Positions 27,078 through 40,081 of a DNA stretch of 64,000 bases are shown piece after piece. Every line of letters starts with the position of its first letter. Position 1 is the stretch's first letter. The notes under the pieces were generated by a model that was given only the letters and a program-made list of their open reading frames with translations, did no database searches and was not told where the DNA came from. The DNA comes from Chiloscyllium plagiosum (lineage: Eukaryota): the NCBI RefSeq assembly GCF_004010195.1, contig NC_057759.1, positions 4,082,301-4,146,300 of the forward strand. The letters are read 5' to 3'. The translations under genes and the position numbers were made by a program.

Positions 27078-28719
27078 CAACCTCATAGTCCGACAACCCC
27101 GCACCGCCCGCTTCTACCTCCTGCCCAAAATCCGCAAACCTGACTGCCCCGGCCGACCCATTGTCTCCGCCTGCTCCTGCCCCACCGAACTCATCTCCAC
27201 ATACCTTGACACCGTCCTGTCCCCCTTAGTCCAAGAACTCCCCACCTACGTTCGGGACACCACCCATGCCATCCACCTGCTCCATGATTTTCGCTTCCCC
27301 GGTCCCCAACGCCTTATTTTCACCATGGACAACCAGTCCCTGTACACCTCCATCCCCCATCACGAAGGACTCAAAGCACTCCGCTTCTTTCTTTNNNNNN
27401 NNNNNNNNNNNNNNNNNNNNNNNNNNNNNNNNNNNNNNNNNNNNNNNNNNNNNNNNNNNNNNNNNNNNNNNNNNNNNNNNNNNNNNNNNNNNNNNNNNNN
27501 NNNNNNNNNNNNNNNNNNNNNNNNNNNNNNNNNNNNNNNNNNNNNNNNNNNNNNNNNNNNNNNNNNNNNNNNNNNNNNNNNNNNNNNNNNNNNNNNNNNN
27601 NNNNNNNNNNNNNNNNNNNNNNNNNNNNNNNNNNNNNNNNNNNNNNNNNNNNNNNNNNNNNNNNNNNNNNNNNNNNNNNNNNNNNNNNNNNNNNNNNNNN
27701 NNNNNNNNNNNNNNNNNNNNNNNNNNNNNNNNNNNNNNNNNNNNNNNNNNNNNNNNNNNNNNNNNNNNNNNNNNNNNNNNNNNNNNNNNNNNNNNNNNNN
27801 NNNNNNNNNNNNNNNNNNNNNNNNNNNNNNNNNNNNNNNNNNNNNNNNNNNNNNNNNNNNNNNNNNNNNNNNNNNNNNNNNNNNNNNNNNNNNNNNNNNN
27901 NNNNNNNNNNNNNNNNNNNNNNNNNNNNNNNNNNNNNNNNNNNNNNNNNNNNNNNNNNNNNNNNNNNNNNNNNNNNNNNNNNNNNNNNNNNNNNNNNNNN
28001 NNNNNNNNNNNNNNNNNNNNNNNNNNNNNNNNNNNNNNNNNNNNNNNNNNNNNNNNNNNNNNNNNNNNNNNNNNNNNNNNNNNNNNNNNNNNNNNNNNNN
28101 NNNNNNNNNNNNNNNNNNNNNNNNNNNNNNNNNNNNNNNNNNNNNNNNNNNNNNNNNNNNNNNNNNNNNNNNNNNNNNNNNNNNNNNNNNNNNNNNNNNN
28201 NNNNNNNNNNNNNNNNNNNNNNNNNNNNNNNNNNNNNNNNNNNNNNNNNNNNNNNNNNNNNNNNNNNNNNNNNNNNNNNNNNNNNNNNNNNNNNNNNNNN
28301 NNNNNNNNNNNNNNNNNNNNNNNNNNNNNNNNNNNNNNNNNNNNNNNNNNNNNNNNNNAGGTTAGACTGGGGTGGGGGCGGAGAGGTCGGGAAGATGATC
28401 TCAGGTTAGGAAGGCGGTGCTGAATTCGATGGAACCGGATTCAGCACCGCCTTCCGAACCTGCAATCTTCTTCCTGACCTCTCCGCCCCACCCCAGTCTG
28501 ATCTATCGCCCTCACCTTGACCTCTTTCCACCTATCACATTTCCGACGCCCCTCCCCCAAGTCCCTCCTCCCTACCTTTTATCTTAGCCTGCTGGACAAA
28601 CTTTCCTCATTCCTGAAGAAGGGCTTATGCCCGAAACGTCGATTCTCCTGTTCCCTGGCTGCTGCCGGACCTGCTGCGCTTTTCCAGCAACACATTTTCA
28701 GCTCTGATCTCTCACTTTC
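27078..28719 (+). mobile_element. Penelope-like element (RT fragment, gap, inverted 3' segment, hammerhead tail) with 9-bp TSD
   Basis: ARFYLLPKIRKPDCPGRPIVSACSCPTELIS...FTMDNQSLYTSIPH is PLE RT. Inverted repeat at 28362-28502. Hammerhead at 28613-28640. TSD tcctgaatc at 27069-27077 and 28720-28728. Confidence 0.88.
28613..28640 (+). ncRNA. Minimal type I hammerhead ribozyme motif (PLE-associated)
   Basis: CTGAAGA-a-GGGC-ttat-GCCC-GAAAC-GTC: conserved core, helix II and cleavage triplet. Confidence 0.75.
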
Positions 28720-28784
28720 TCCTGAATCTGAGGGGCCAAACTGTACAATGCATTACAGGCTATTAGTCACTTATTAACCAAGGC

Positions 28785-30000
28785 CATAAGATATACCAGG
28801 CACTCAGTCCATCAAGTCCGCGCTGCCATTTCATCATGTTTGATATGATTTAACCACATTCTTTTGCTTTCTACCTGAAATAATTGACCCCTTACTGATC
28901 AAGAACCTATCGTCTCTGACTTAATGACACTTAATGACAACCCTCTGTGATAATGAGTCCCACAGATTCCCCACTCTTTAGCTGAAGAAATTCCTCCTCA
29001 TCTCAGTTCAAAGAATCGTCCTTTCATTCTGAGACTGTGCCCTCGGTTCCTAGTCTCTCATCCTCGAGGAAACATCTTCTCCATGCGCACTATATCTCAG
29101 AATTCTCCAAGTTTCAATCAGATTCTCCCTCATTCTTCTGAAATCCATCGACTCCAGATACAGAGTCATCTACCTCTTCTCATTTTTTTTTTGTTTTTTT
29201 TTAGATTAGATTACAATGTGGAAACAGGCCCTTCGTACCAACAAGTCCACACCGACCCGCCGAAGCGAAACCCACCCATACCCCTACATTTACCCCTTAC
29301 CTAACACTACGGGCAATTTAGTATGGCCAATTCACCTGACCCTGCACATCTTTGGATGGTGGGAGGAAACCGGAGCACCCGGAGGAAACCCACGCAGACA
29401 CGGGAGAACATGCAAACTCCACACAGTCAGTCGCCTGAGGCGGGAATTGAACCCGGGTCTCTGGCGCTGTGAGGCAGCAGTGCTAACCACTGTGCCACCG
29501 TGCCGCCCACCGTGCTGCCGTATCATGTGACAAGAGCTTCATTCCTGGGATCTTTCTTGCAAACCCCCTCTGAACTCCCTCCACGTTCAGCTCAGCCTTC
29601 CTTAGACATGCTGCCTAAAACTCACAATGTTCGAAATTGTGCTCTGATCAGAGCCTTATGCAGCCTCAGCAGTACATCTCTGCTCTTGTATTGTAACCAT
29701 CTCGAAATGAATGCGAAAATTACATTTGCCTTCATAACTGGCAACTGAACCTCCCTGTTAACCTGAAGAGACACTTGAACTCGGACACTCAAGTCCCTTT
29801 CTGCTTTAGATTTCTGAAACCATTCCCCATTTAGAAAACATGCTCCATCTCTCTTCTCCCCACTGAAATACATTATCTCCCATTTTCCCACATTATATGC
29901 TATCTGCCATTTTCTCTCCTAGCCTGCCCAATTCCTTCTGCAGCCTCCCCTCTTCCTCAACACGTTTTGGCCTTCTAACTATTTTTGTGTCATTTACGAA
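28785..30000 (-). mobile_element. CR1 LINE fragment interrupted by an HE1 SINE
   Basis: Minus ORF ERDLSVRVQVSL...LLRLHKALIRAQF; CR1 tail at about 28790. Confidence 0.75.
29203..29510 (-). mobile_element. HE1 SINE, young full-length copy
   Basis: Reverse complement of gggcggcacggtggcacagtggttagcactgctgcctcacagcgcc; (tagat)n and poly-T tail. Confidence 0.92.
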
Positions 30001-30490
30001 ACGCTCAGAACAATGAAATGGCAATGTCCCCCATGTGAATGATGCTCGACCAAGAGCGAATGGCTTTTGTCACGGCGGCAAAGGCTCGAAGGGACCACTC
30101 TCAGATATTAAGCTGTTGAATTGGGGTAATAAAAAGGTTGTTATTTCAGTGTCAAATGTTTAAGCGTTCCCTCAAAACAAGATGAACGATATAGCAATTA
30201 GCCATCAATGTAAGATTACTTCTTCTAACACATATTTCCATGCTGTCAATTTCGTTGACATAATTGGATTATGACGAAGATTTAGATACATTTAAAACAT
30301 TATTTGTTATTAATAAATTTGAATGATGTAAAAGGTTTTGAAAAACTTGGGCAGATCTTCGCTCCATGCTATAAGCAAGAGAAACACCGGCGATGTTTAA
30401 AACTGGCTGGTGGGTTGAAATAAACCAGAGAAAATCTCCACTTCAACTGTGCCAGAAATGTTTTAAAAATATATATACTGTATCCTTTAC

Positions 30491-30555
30491 CAGCGTTTCT
30501 TGGCTTTGAGATTGTCCCACCGAGTACACCAAACTGCCATCCATTTTTGAGTCAT
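30491..30555 (-). pseudogene. Ig-receptor copy 2: ITIM-containing cytoplasmic exon (frameshifted)
   Basis: tttacAG|AT GAC TCA AAA ATG GAT GGC AGT TTG GTG TAC TCG GTG G-G ACA ATC TCA AAG CCA AGA AAC GCT G|GTAAAG = DDSKMDGSLVYSV(V)TISKPRNA. Paralogous to copy-1 LIYSVVTIKK. 65 nt, implying a 1-nt deletion. Confidence 0.75.
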
Positions 30556-30619
30556 CTGTAAATCGAGAAACAATAAGCAAAGGAGAATATTGTGGAAAAG
30601 AATGAGCTACAGGATATTA

Positions 30620-32182
30620 GACTAGAAATTATCGAGGTTAGTAAGGAGGAGGTGTTATCAATTTTAGAAAAACGGAAAGTAGACTTGCCCCCTGTGCCAA
30701 ATGGAATTTATCTATGATTCTCTGAGAAGCTAAGGAGAGGATATTGGAGACTTTGGCCTTGATCATTGAGTCGTCATTGTCGACAGCTTTTATACAACAA
30801 GACTGGAGGATTGCAAATGTTGTGCCAATGTTCAAGAAGGGCAGTCGATATGACCCAAGAAATAATAAACCAGTGAGCCTTACTTCTGTTGAAGGAAACG
30901 TTTTCGAAATGTTCATAAGAGGTAGGATTAATAATAATCTAGCAAATAACAATTTGTTTGCAGATAGTGAACATGGTTTCGTCAGAGCTTGTTGAGAAGG
31001 TAAACAAGCATGTGGATGAGGATAGAGCAGTTTACATGGTGTACATGGACTTCAGTAAAACCTTTGAGAAGATTCCACGTGGAAGGCTGTTGTAGAAAAT
31101 GCAGAAACATGGAATTAAAGGTGATTCAGCAGTTTAGTTAGGGACTGGTTTTCTGTAAGAAAGCAGCGAGTGGTGGCTGATAGAAAATATTCAGTCTGGA
31201 GTGTAGTTACTATTGGTGTGCCACAAGGATCTGTTTTGGGACCACTGCTGTTGGTCATTTTTATAAATGACTTGAACGCAGGCAAAGGTAGATGGGTTAG
31301 TAAGTTTGCCGACAACACTAAAGTCGGTGGAGTAGTGGACAATGAGAAACAATGTTACATGTTGCAGGGGGATTTGGATAAACAGTGGAATTGGGCTGAG
31401 AGGTGGTAAATAGAGATCAATGCAGATAAACGTGAGGTGATTGACTTTGGGCAGAATAACAGGAAGGAAGAATACTGGGTCAATGAAAAGATTCTTGGTA
31501 GTTTGGATGTGGAGAGGGATCTTGGAGTCCATGTACATAGATCCCTGAAAGTTGCTACACAAATTGATAGTGCCGTTAAGAAGGCACACGGTGTGTTAGG
31601 TTTCATTGGTAGAGGGATTGAGTTCTGGAGCCGCAATATCATGCTGCAAGTATACAAAATGCTCGTGTGACCGCACTTGGAATATTGTGTACAGTTCTGG
31701 TCGCCCCATTACAGAAAGGATGAGTTACCAGGATGTTCCCTGGTCTGGAGGGAAGTTCTTATGAGGAAAGGCTGAGACACTCGGTTCTGTTCTCATTGCG
31801 GAGAGGAAGGCTACCAAGGAATTTGATTGAGACATACAAGATGATCAGATGATTGGATAGGGTAGACAGTGAAAGTCTTTTTCCCGAGATGATGACATCA
31901 GTTCGTACGAGGGGGCAAAGGTACAAATTGAGGGGTGATAGATTTAAGACAGATTTAGAGGCAGGTTCTCTATTTAGAGAGTGGTAAGAGTGTGAAATGC
32001 CATGCCTGTCAATGTAGTTACCTCAGCCACATTAGGAACAATTAAACAACCCTTGGATAAGCACAAGGATGATGATGGGATCGTATAGAGGGATGGGCTT
32101 AGATGAGATCACAGGTCAGTACAACATCGAGGGTGATGGGCCTGTCCTGCACTGTAATGTTCTGTGTTCTATGTTCTTTGTT
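30620..32182 (+). mobile_element. CR1 LINE ORF2 fragment
   Basis: [49 protein letters not shown]. Confidence 0.9.
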
Positions 32183-32479
32183 CAAAGTGAATCAAAGGGT
32201 GAGAGAACAGAATATTAAAACAACAGTAAACGACGCCTCAAAATTGCTTACAGGGTGATGATTGAAGTCAAAGAGCCAACCCAGCAGGAAAATAAACCGA
32301 AGGTCTTGGCTACATATTGACCATTTTTTATATAGCGGTTCATGGGACAGGTGACTCAATAATATTGAAGGGTATTTTGCACGTATATTTGTCCTAAAGT
32401 TTCCGCCTACCCCTACCAGAACAAGCTCACATAGTGAAGGTGGAGGGCCTCGGAAAAGTTACAATTTTTAAAATTATTA

Positions 32480-32980
32480 TTCACTCATGGCATGCAAGTA
32501 CTACTGGCTGGGCCCAGCAGTTCTCACCAACTCATCCCTAATTGCCCCCTTGAGAAGGTGGTGGTGAACTGCCTTCTTGAACTGCTGCAGTCTTTGTGCT
32601 GTAGGTAACCCACAATGTCATTTCGAAGAATTTGATCCAATGACACTGAAGGAGCGGTGTTATATTTCAAAGTCAAGGCACTGAGTGACTCGATGGTGAA
32701 CTTGCAGAAGGTGGTTGTCCCATATATCTACAACCCTTGTTCTTCGAAATGAATGTGATTGTGAGTTTGGAAGATGTTGTTTTAGGACATTTGGTGATTT
32801 TTTGCAGTGCATCTTGTAAGTGGTACACACTGCTGCTACTCAACATTGGTTGTGGAGGAAGTGGATGCTTGTGGATGTCGTGTCAGTAACCAGGCCTGCT
32901 TTGTCCTTGGATGGTATTGAGCTTCTTAAATGTTGTTGGAGCTGTGGACATCCAGGCAAATGGGAGTATTCCCTGGCTTG
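32480..32980 (-). mobile_element. L2/CR1-clade LINE 3' end (tail related to SacSINE1-type SINEs)
   Basis: Reverse-complement counterpart of 43110-43630. Confidence 0.7.
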
Positions 32981-33519
32981 TAACTGGGAAACTATGAAAT
33001 CCCGACGTATCAATATTGTTCTGTCGTCCTCATATGGAGCCCAGTGTCTACCCTACAAATCACAATTTGAGCCATATCCATCGCACAGCCTCCCTCAGAT
33101 ATATGGAAAGCCTTTGAATTTCTGCCATTTAATAATAGTTCTCAGTGTGCCCCCAAAGGCAGGTTTATAGAGTTAAGCAACAGATCAGCCATTGAATGCT
33201 GGATCAGGCTAAAGGGGCTGGATGGCCTCCTTCTGCTTCTTTGTACGAATATTCCACATTAATAAATCATCGAATCCCCTGTAGTTGCAAAGTGGCATTT
33301 GCACACGCCGGAGCAATTCGTGATTTGAAATACAAACTGAAAGTCCAAATAATTTATTTTCACTCGTTGCAGAACCCGCCATCCTCTGTGTGAAAGAATC
33401 ATCAAATCCCATTTCGAAACCTCTTATGCTCCACTTTAAAATGATGCCCTCTCCTTGCGACTGTGTCTGCGACTAAGGGAGAACAGCTGTTTCCTGTCCC
33501 CCATCCATGTCCCTCCTAA

Positions 33520-34200
33520 TGGAGTCATTGGGTCATACAGAAAGGAAATAAACCCATAATCTCGAACTATAGTTGCCCCACTTGTTTGCACTTGGCCCAT
33601 ATCTCTTTTACCCAAGCGTCTTTTAAATGTTGTAACTCTCTCTGTAACACCACTTCCTCTGGAAGTACATTCCACAAGTTAACCACCCTCTATTTAATTA
33701 AAAAATGCCCCTCGTGTCATTTAAAAAAAATGAATTCTTCTCTCACCTGAAAAAGATGTCCTCTGGTCTTGAAGTCCCCCCACTTGCCATTCACCCTATT
33801 TGTGCACATCGTGATTTTACGAAACTGTATAAGGTCACAACTCAACCTCCTAATCTGCAGTGGAAAATGTCCCAAACTACCCAGCTTCTCCGTATGACTC
33901 AAACTTTCCTGTCCTGGCAACATCCTGGTAAATCTTTTCTGTACCCTCCCCAGCTTAATAATATCTTTCCTGGAATAAGGCAAACAGAACTGTACATGGT
34001 ACTCTGATAGTGTCTCACCGATGTCCTGCCCTATTTCAATATGACGTACCAACTCCGATATTCAGTAGTCTGAACAATGAAGGAAAGTGTGCTAAACGCC
34101 ATCCCAAACATCCTGTCTACCTGTGACACAACTCCAAAGAATTATGTACCAGAACCCCTGGGTCTGTCTACTGGACAACACTATCCATTTTACACACCTC
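33520..34200 (-). mobile_element. CR1 LINE 3' fragment
   Basis: EYHVQFCLPYSRKDIIKLGRVQKRFTRMLPG. Confidence 0.8.
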
Positions 34201-35094
34201 TATCATGTCCCGCTCCCCCATCAACGTTCGCTTTTGTGAAGGAAACAACCCAAACTTCTCTCCATCGCTTACAGAAAGAGAGTTGTTTTTTGTTGATGTC
34301 CCCAATCAGACGAATACCAGCATGAACACTGACCAATATATGACGGTGTTCAATTGTCAGCTTACAGATTCGCACTCGCCATTCAGTCAACTTGGCCCAG
34401 TCTCTGCGTATTGAAATTTCCTGCAGGTCTATTATCACTCACACCCTCAGCTCGAATTCCCATCGCCTCACTTGGAGTGAAATATTTCCAGATTAATACC
34501 AAACCAAGTTCCAATCATACTTGCAACAACAATTTGCTGCTGTCGCCAAATGAAAATCCTGGCCATGAGATCACTGAGCGAAGGTCCGAAGGGATTTATC
34601 CTGGAATTATCTGGAATGTGGCTCAGAATTTCTATCTTCATAGAATCATAGAATTTTACTGTACAGGAGGAGGCCGTTCGTGTCTGCACCAGCATCTGAC
34701 AGAGCTAACAGCTAGTCTCACTATCGACCCCTATCTCCACAGCCCTCTAGCATCAGCCCCTTCAAACTTATATCCAGCTTTCTTTTGAAACCGCCTGTGG
34801 CACCCGTCTCCACCACTCTCCCAGGCAGCACATTCCAAACCCAGCAATCCAACAGTAAGCAAGTTTCTCCTCATCTCATTATCTCAATTGAAAATATTGA
34901 AATTCTGACCCGTTAGTCACCTGTTAGTAAGGCAACAGTGGGAAACAGAAAATCTTTCTTTTCCCTGTCAGACTTGTTCATGACTTTCAACACCTCAACA
35001 AGTTCACCACTTCAACTTCTCTGTTCCATGGAGAATACGCTCCATCTCTCTAACCTTTCCCTATATCTCAAACCCCTCAGTTCTGTTGTCATTC

Positions 35095-35372
35095 TACTAC
35101 ATCACAACGCCAGGGACCCGGGTTTAATTTCCGCCTTGGGCAATTGTGTATGTGCAGTTTGCACATTCTCCTTGTGTCAGCGTGGGTTTCTCCCCACAAG
35201 CCAAAGATGTGCAGGCCATGTGAATTGTCCAAACTGAATTGCCCATAGTATTAGTTGCATTACTCAGGGTTATATATAGGGTAGGGGAAAGTGTCTGGGT
35301 GGATTGCTCTTCGGAGGGGTGTTGTGGACTTGTTCGGCCGAAGGGCCTGTTTCTGCACTGGTGGGAATCTAA
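35095..35372 (+). mobile_element. HE1-like SINE (diverged)
   Basis: acaacgccagggacccgggtttaatt...tttgcacattctcc...ggccgaagggcctgtttc. Confidence 0.75.
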
Positions 35373-35822
35373 TATAAATCTCTTTCATACTCTCTCCAGG
35401 ATTTGAACATCTTTTCATAAGGAAGGTGTCCAGAACTGAACAAAACCAGGCTTGGTAACAAAAAGCCAACTCCCTTCTTCAAACGTGCTTCTAAATTCAG
35501 CTTCTGTTGCCTACAAAGAAAGGTGTCAAATAAACGACAGATTAAAATACGTACTCCCCACGTTTCTACTGATCATCACAGTATAATATTCTCCATTCAA
35601 TACATGTTCACTTACTAGAATTCATTTCTTTTCTGCTCTCTGCTTGGTGTTGGGTGTTGGGCTAGCTCAGTTAGCTGGATGGCTAGTTTGGAAAGTAGAG
35701 TAACATCGACAGCGTGGCTTTGAATTTCTCACTGGCTGAGGTTACCATGAAGGACTGTCCTTCTCCATCTCTCCTCTTGTCTGAGGCATGATAACTCTTA
35801 GGTTAAAGCTCCATCTATCAGT

Positions 35823-35824
<2 letters not shown>

Positions 35825-35886
<62 letters not shown>
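35825..35886 (+). repeat. (CT)n microsatellite
   Basis: Direct observation. Confidence 0.95.
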
Positions 35887-35890
<4 letters not shown>

Positions 35891-36215
35891 CAGATGCTGC
35901 CAGACCTCCTGATGTTCTCCACAACTTTGTTTTATAATCTGTAATCTTAACTCTGTTCCTCTCTCTCCACTGTTGCTGCCAGACCTGCCTTCTTTCTCCA
36001 GCACTTTGTGTTGATAATCTCTGTTTATGTTGATATTATCTTTGTGTTGATAATATTAACTCTGTTTCTCTCCGTTTCTCTCTCTCTCTTCCCAGATGCT
36101 GTCAGACGTGCTGAGTCTATCCAGCAATTTTTCAGAGTGTTCATGTCAAGTCTTCAGCCGGACATGTGGACCACAGTGAAGAACGAGCATGGATCACAAA
36201 TGAAGAATGAATTAC

Positions 36216-36506
36216 CTGGTTCTGTGATGTCTTTGGAATGACTGGTCACATTAAATATCGTTAGACTAGGACACCTGTCGATTGCGACACGTTGGTATCG
36301 GTGTTGGTGCTGGAAATGGAAGGATTGAACGCCAAGCACTCTCATGTCTGAGCTAGACTTGTAATTCCCGCTGGCGTTCTGTCGAAAGTATCATTGAAAG
36401 TAGGGCCCAGTACTTCGGCTCAATACACACTCGAGAACGAGACAACTCCCAATCAGAACCTTCATTTTATTGGCTCAGGGAGTGATGAAAACCCCAGCAA
36501 AAGGAA
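36216..36506 (-). pseudogene. Ig-receptor copy 2: fifth (membrane-proximal) Ig exon
   Basis: ttgcAG|...|GTAATT, 291 nt, phase 1-1. VPFAGVFITP*ANKMKVLIGSCLVLECVLSRSTGPYFQ*YF...SFHFQHQHRYQRVAI...TIFNVTSHSKDITEP. Two stops; second Cys lost. Shares TIFNVTS with the copy-1 exon at 56921-57212. Confidence 0.8.
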
Positions 36507-36679
36507 CTGCAAGAAAATATCGGATGTTGCGTTTGTCATTTTTTCCGATAGTTACCTCCATCTCTTGTAAAATCTAGGCTTCGAAAGGTTTGTCTTAACT
36601 GTGGCTGGCCAAATGTTACATCATTCAACTATTGCCCTCTTGACGTTCTGAAGTGGAACTGTTTCTGTCCACATCTCCA

Positions 36680-37036
36680 CTCCAATATCAACATCCTGGG
36701 GGCTCCCATCACGGACCCCATCCCCACCGCACTATCAACATCCTGGGGGTTACCATCACTCTACCACCCCCACTCTACCATCAACATCTTAGGGGTTACC
36801 ATCACTATCCCCAACCCCTTCTAATTATCAACATCCTAGGGTTTAACGTCACTGTCCCCACCCCCACTCCACTATCAACATCATGGGGGTTACTGTCACT
36901 GACCCCACCCCCGCACAATCAACATCCTGGGGGTTACCATCAATGTCCTCACTCCCACCCCACTATCGACATCTTGGGGGTTACAATGACTGTGCAACGC
37001 CCATCCCACTATCAACATCTTTGGGGTTACCATCAG
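36680..37036 (+). repeat. Minisatellite, 8 units of about 46-47 bp (core actatcaacatcctgggggttaccatcac)
   Basis: atcaacatc-type core recurs at about 36687, 36734, 36780, 36827, 36874, 36918, 36965 and 37011. Confidence 0.9.
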
Positions 37037-37420
37037 CCTCCAATGGGTCATGCAGCACAGAAACGGACACTTCCGCCCATTGAGTCAATGCAGTCATTAA
37101 CAACCATTTCTCTATTCTCTCGTCTGATTTTCCCAGTACTTAGAGTCAAATAGTCATGCAGCATGTAAACAGGCCCTTGAACCCAATGTGACAATTCTGA
37201 CCAGTCCTCACAAACTGAACCAATCCTAGTCCTAAATGCCTGCGTTGGCCCTTATCCCTCTAAACCTTTCCTGTCCATGTATCTTTCCAAATGTCTTTTA
37301 ACAGTTGTAATTGTATCCGCCTACAGCACTTCCGCTGGAAGCTCATTCCATATACAGACCACTTTCTGTATAAAAAAGTTATCCATCAGGTCTCTTTTAA
37401 ATCATTCCCCTCTTACCTTA

Positions 37421-37665
37421 GGAGTTTGCACGTTCTCCCCGTGTCTGCGTGGGTTTCCTCCGGGTGCTCCGGTTTCCTCCCACAGTCCAAAGATGTGCAG
37501 ATCAGGTGAATTGGCCATGCTAAATTGCCCGTAGTGTTAGGTAAGGGGTAAATGTAGGGGTATGGGTGGGTTACGCTTCGGCGGGTCGGTGTGGACTTGT
37601 TGGGCCGAAGGACCTGTTTCCACGCTGTAATGTAATGTAATGTAATCTAATCTAATCTAATCTAA
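37421..37665 (+). mobile_element. HE1 SINE, 5'-truncated, inserted in a minus-strand CR1 tail
   Basis: ggagtttgcacgttctccccgtgtctgcg... with (taatg)n(taatc)n tail. Confidence 0.9.
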
Positions 37666-38173
37666 TGCTCTGTGGGTTTGGACTCTCATGCCCTTGGACT
37701 CTCCTGCCCTTGGCTATTCATCTGATTCCAGGAAAAGGCAAAGTGAGATGTCGAGTAGCCTTTGATTGGATCACAAGTACACATCCAAATCCTTCTTCAA
37801 CATAATGAGGTTTGTGGTTCACCCAACCAAGCAGTGAGTTCCAGATTGCGCACCACCCTCTGGGTGAAAATCTTATCCTTCGCATCCCCCTCTAAACCTC
37901 CTTCCCCTGACCTTCAATCTATCCCCCTCCCCGGTCACTAATCCCTCCATCAAAGGGGAAGAAGTATCTTGTCTACCCCTCATTATTTCACACATTTCAA
38001 TCATGCCCCCACACTCTCAATTTCCTCTGCTCTCAGGAAAACCGCAGTCTGTACAATCTGTCTCCATCAATGAAACTCTTCAGCCCCCAAGGCAACATGC
38101 CTCTGCACGCTCCTCCACTGTTATCACATTGCTCTGATAATGTGGATTTGTACAGAGTTGCTTAGAAACTCAA

Positions 38174-38448
38174 CGATCACCGAAACGGCGAGGAATTTGC
38201 TGTTCAGGAGAAGTTGTTCCTCCTGATTAGAAACAGTGCAGTGATAATTACCCTCTTGGCTTTTGCTAATGCGTGTACGGTTCTGCTGTGTTTGGAGAAT
38301 TCCCAGTATATCTCCTCGCCATCCTTGTAGAAAATATGTTGAATTGGGGTCGAACCGCTAGTCACGGATCAGTTGAATGCAGTGCTATCTCACTCCACTA
38401 CCTCGTTTCCAGGCTGGGCACTCAGCTCTGGGACTGACACAGGGATGC
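38174..38448 (-). pseudogene. Ig-receptor copy 2: fourth Ig exon
   Basis: ttgcAG|GC ATC CCT GTG TCA gives IPVSVPELSAQPGNEVVE*DSTAFN*SVTSGSTPIQHIFYKDG...(frameshift)EGNYHCTVSN...AVSVI. Donor is TTGAGT. Paralogue of copy-1 IPVSKPEL exon. Confidence 0.82.
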
Positions 38449-38804
38449 CTGCAATTGAACCAAACTGTTAGGCTCTTTTCTAAGGCAGGAATTGCTGTTG
38501 TGTTCAGCCACAAACAGTATTCCCATCATACAGTCAGAGAGAGACAGAGTTAGAGAGACACTGAAAGAATTAGATCCAGAAGAGTGAGTCATACAGAGAC
38601 AGGGGGAAACAGAGAGAGACATAGACATAGAGAGGTATAGAAAGACATAGAGAACCATAGAGAGTAATAAAGGAACATAGAGTCATAGAGAACATAGAGA
38701 GTCAGATAGAGAGATAGACAAAAATCACAAACTCATCAAGATTAATCGACATAGTCATAGAGAGTTAAAGCGATTCATACACAGTCAAACAGATATATAC
38801 GCAC

Positions 38805-38806
<2 letters not shown>

Positions 38807-38848
<42 letters not shown>
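38807..38848 (+). repeat. (GA)n microsatellite within an AG-rich low-complexity tract (about 38535-38885)
   Basis: Direct observation. Confidence 0.9.
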
Positions 38849-38853
<5 letters not shown>

Positions 38854-39368
38854 GACAGAGGGAGATGAAGAGACATAGAGAGAGCCCTCAAGGTTTGTAC
38901 AGTTCTGTCATCATGACCCAATGCTTCATAATCTGTGCTGTGACTGTTAAAAACAAGTGTCTTATCTGCCTTCTTAACATACTTATTAAGCTGTCCTGTC
39001 TCCCTCAGGGATCTGTAGGCGAGTTCCCCCAGATTCATGTATTCCTCTGAACCTGCCAAAGGCTGTAGATAATTCATAACAAAAACCGTTTAGTATTCAC
39101 ATGAAATTCAGACCCTTGAAGCAGAAGCACTGGTAATTGCAAAAGAAAGAAGCAAAAATTCATGGTAGGGTGGATAACCATGGATCGGGACTGAAGACCG
39201 GAATAAATATGTGTTTCACAAATTCAATAACAAGTAAAAGAGTGTAAACTTTAAAGCACAAAAACAGTTTTCCTATGCTGAAATTGACAAGATGAGCTGA
39301 CTAACTCTTACATTTGCAACGGACTGAATGGCAGGAGAATGAATGAATTAAATGGAGATGCAGTTTAC

Positions 39369-39646
39369 GTTTGATTAAAATGGGAATTATGTTGCTCTTT
39401 TTCCTCAGATTATTGTCGTGAGTCGTGACTTCACATTTGTAAGTCCCTGAATGGTGCAGTGTTGCTTCCTCTATTGTAAAACTGCTCTTTTCTGAAGGAA
39501 AATTGAGAGATTCCCGGATTTTGTAAAATGTGTAAAACAGGGGGTGATCATCCTGAAAGGTTTCAAACAAGCAGGTGAGCTTAAAGCCTTCAGCAATGAA
39601 TACTTCCATGATGGGGTCAGCTTGCAAATTTGCTCAGAGCAGAGAT
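39369..39646 (-). pseudogene. Ig-receptor copy 2: third Ig exon (FCRL D3-like)
   Basis: gatgtAG|AT CTC TGC TCT GAG (DLCSE), then a frameshift into LQADP...FKLTCLF...LFYTFYK...HSGTYKCEV...KKSNIIPILIK, donor C|GTAAAC. 278 nt. Confidence 0.82.
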
Positions 39647-40081
39647 CTACATCAGAACAAAAACACACAGAGGTATAAACACAATGAACGCTGGAGATAG
39701 GAGACAAAACACAAGAAGTGCTAGAGAAACTCAGCAGGTCTGGAAGCATCTGTGGAGTGAGAGGGAGAAGCAGAGTTAACGTTACAGGTTATAAACACAG
39801 AAAATGTCAGAGATACTCAGCAGTTCTGGCAGCATCTGTAGAGGGAGGAACAGAATTAGCGTTTTGAATCCTTTGTCCCAACTTCGGATTTGCCATCCTG
39901 CCAAAATAATGGGACAGTATCTGTTTTTACACATTACACTCTGATGTCTTTATGAAATTTCTATTGCACGTTTGCAAATCTTTTCGGACAACTGCTGACG
40001 ATGGTTTTTAAAGCAACATTGACATCTTTGCCTGTGAGCCATTTAGAAACAAGTCAGAGTAAGTCAAAAGGGATAACCTAC

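Noticed and set aside
32245..34620. Candidate TM exon of receptor copy 2 (RFIFLLGWLF near 32280; TVIYWSVFMLVFV near 34320)
   Set aside because: Too short, no convincing acceptor, and no similarity to the copy-1 TM exon.
36680..37036. CRISPR-like repeat/spacer appearance
   Set aside because: Eukaryotic context; the variable parts are short, mutually similar C-rich sequence; no cas genes.
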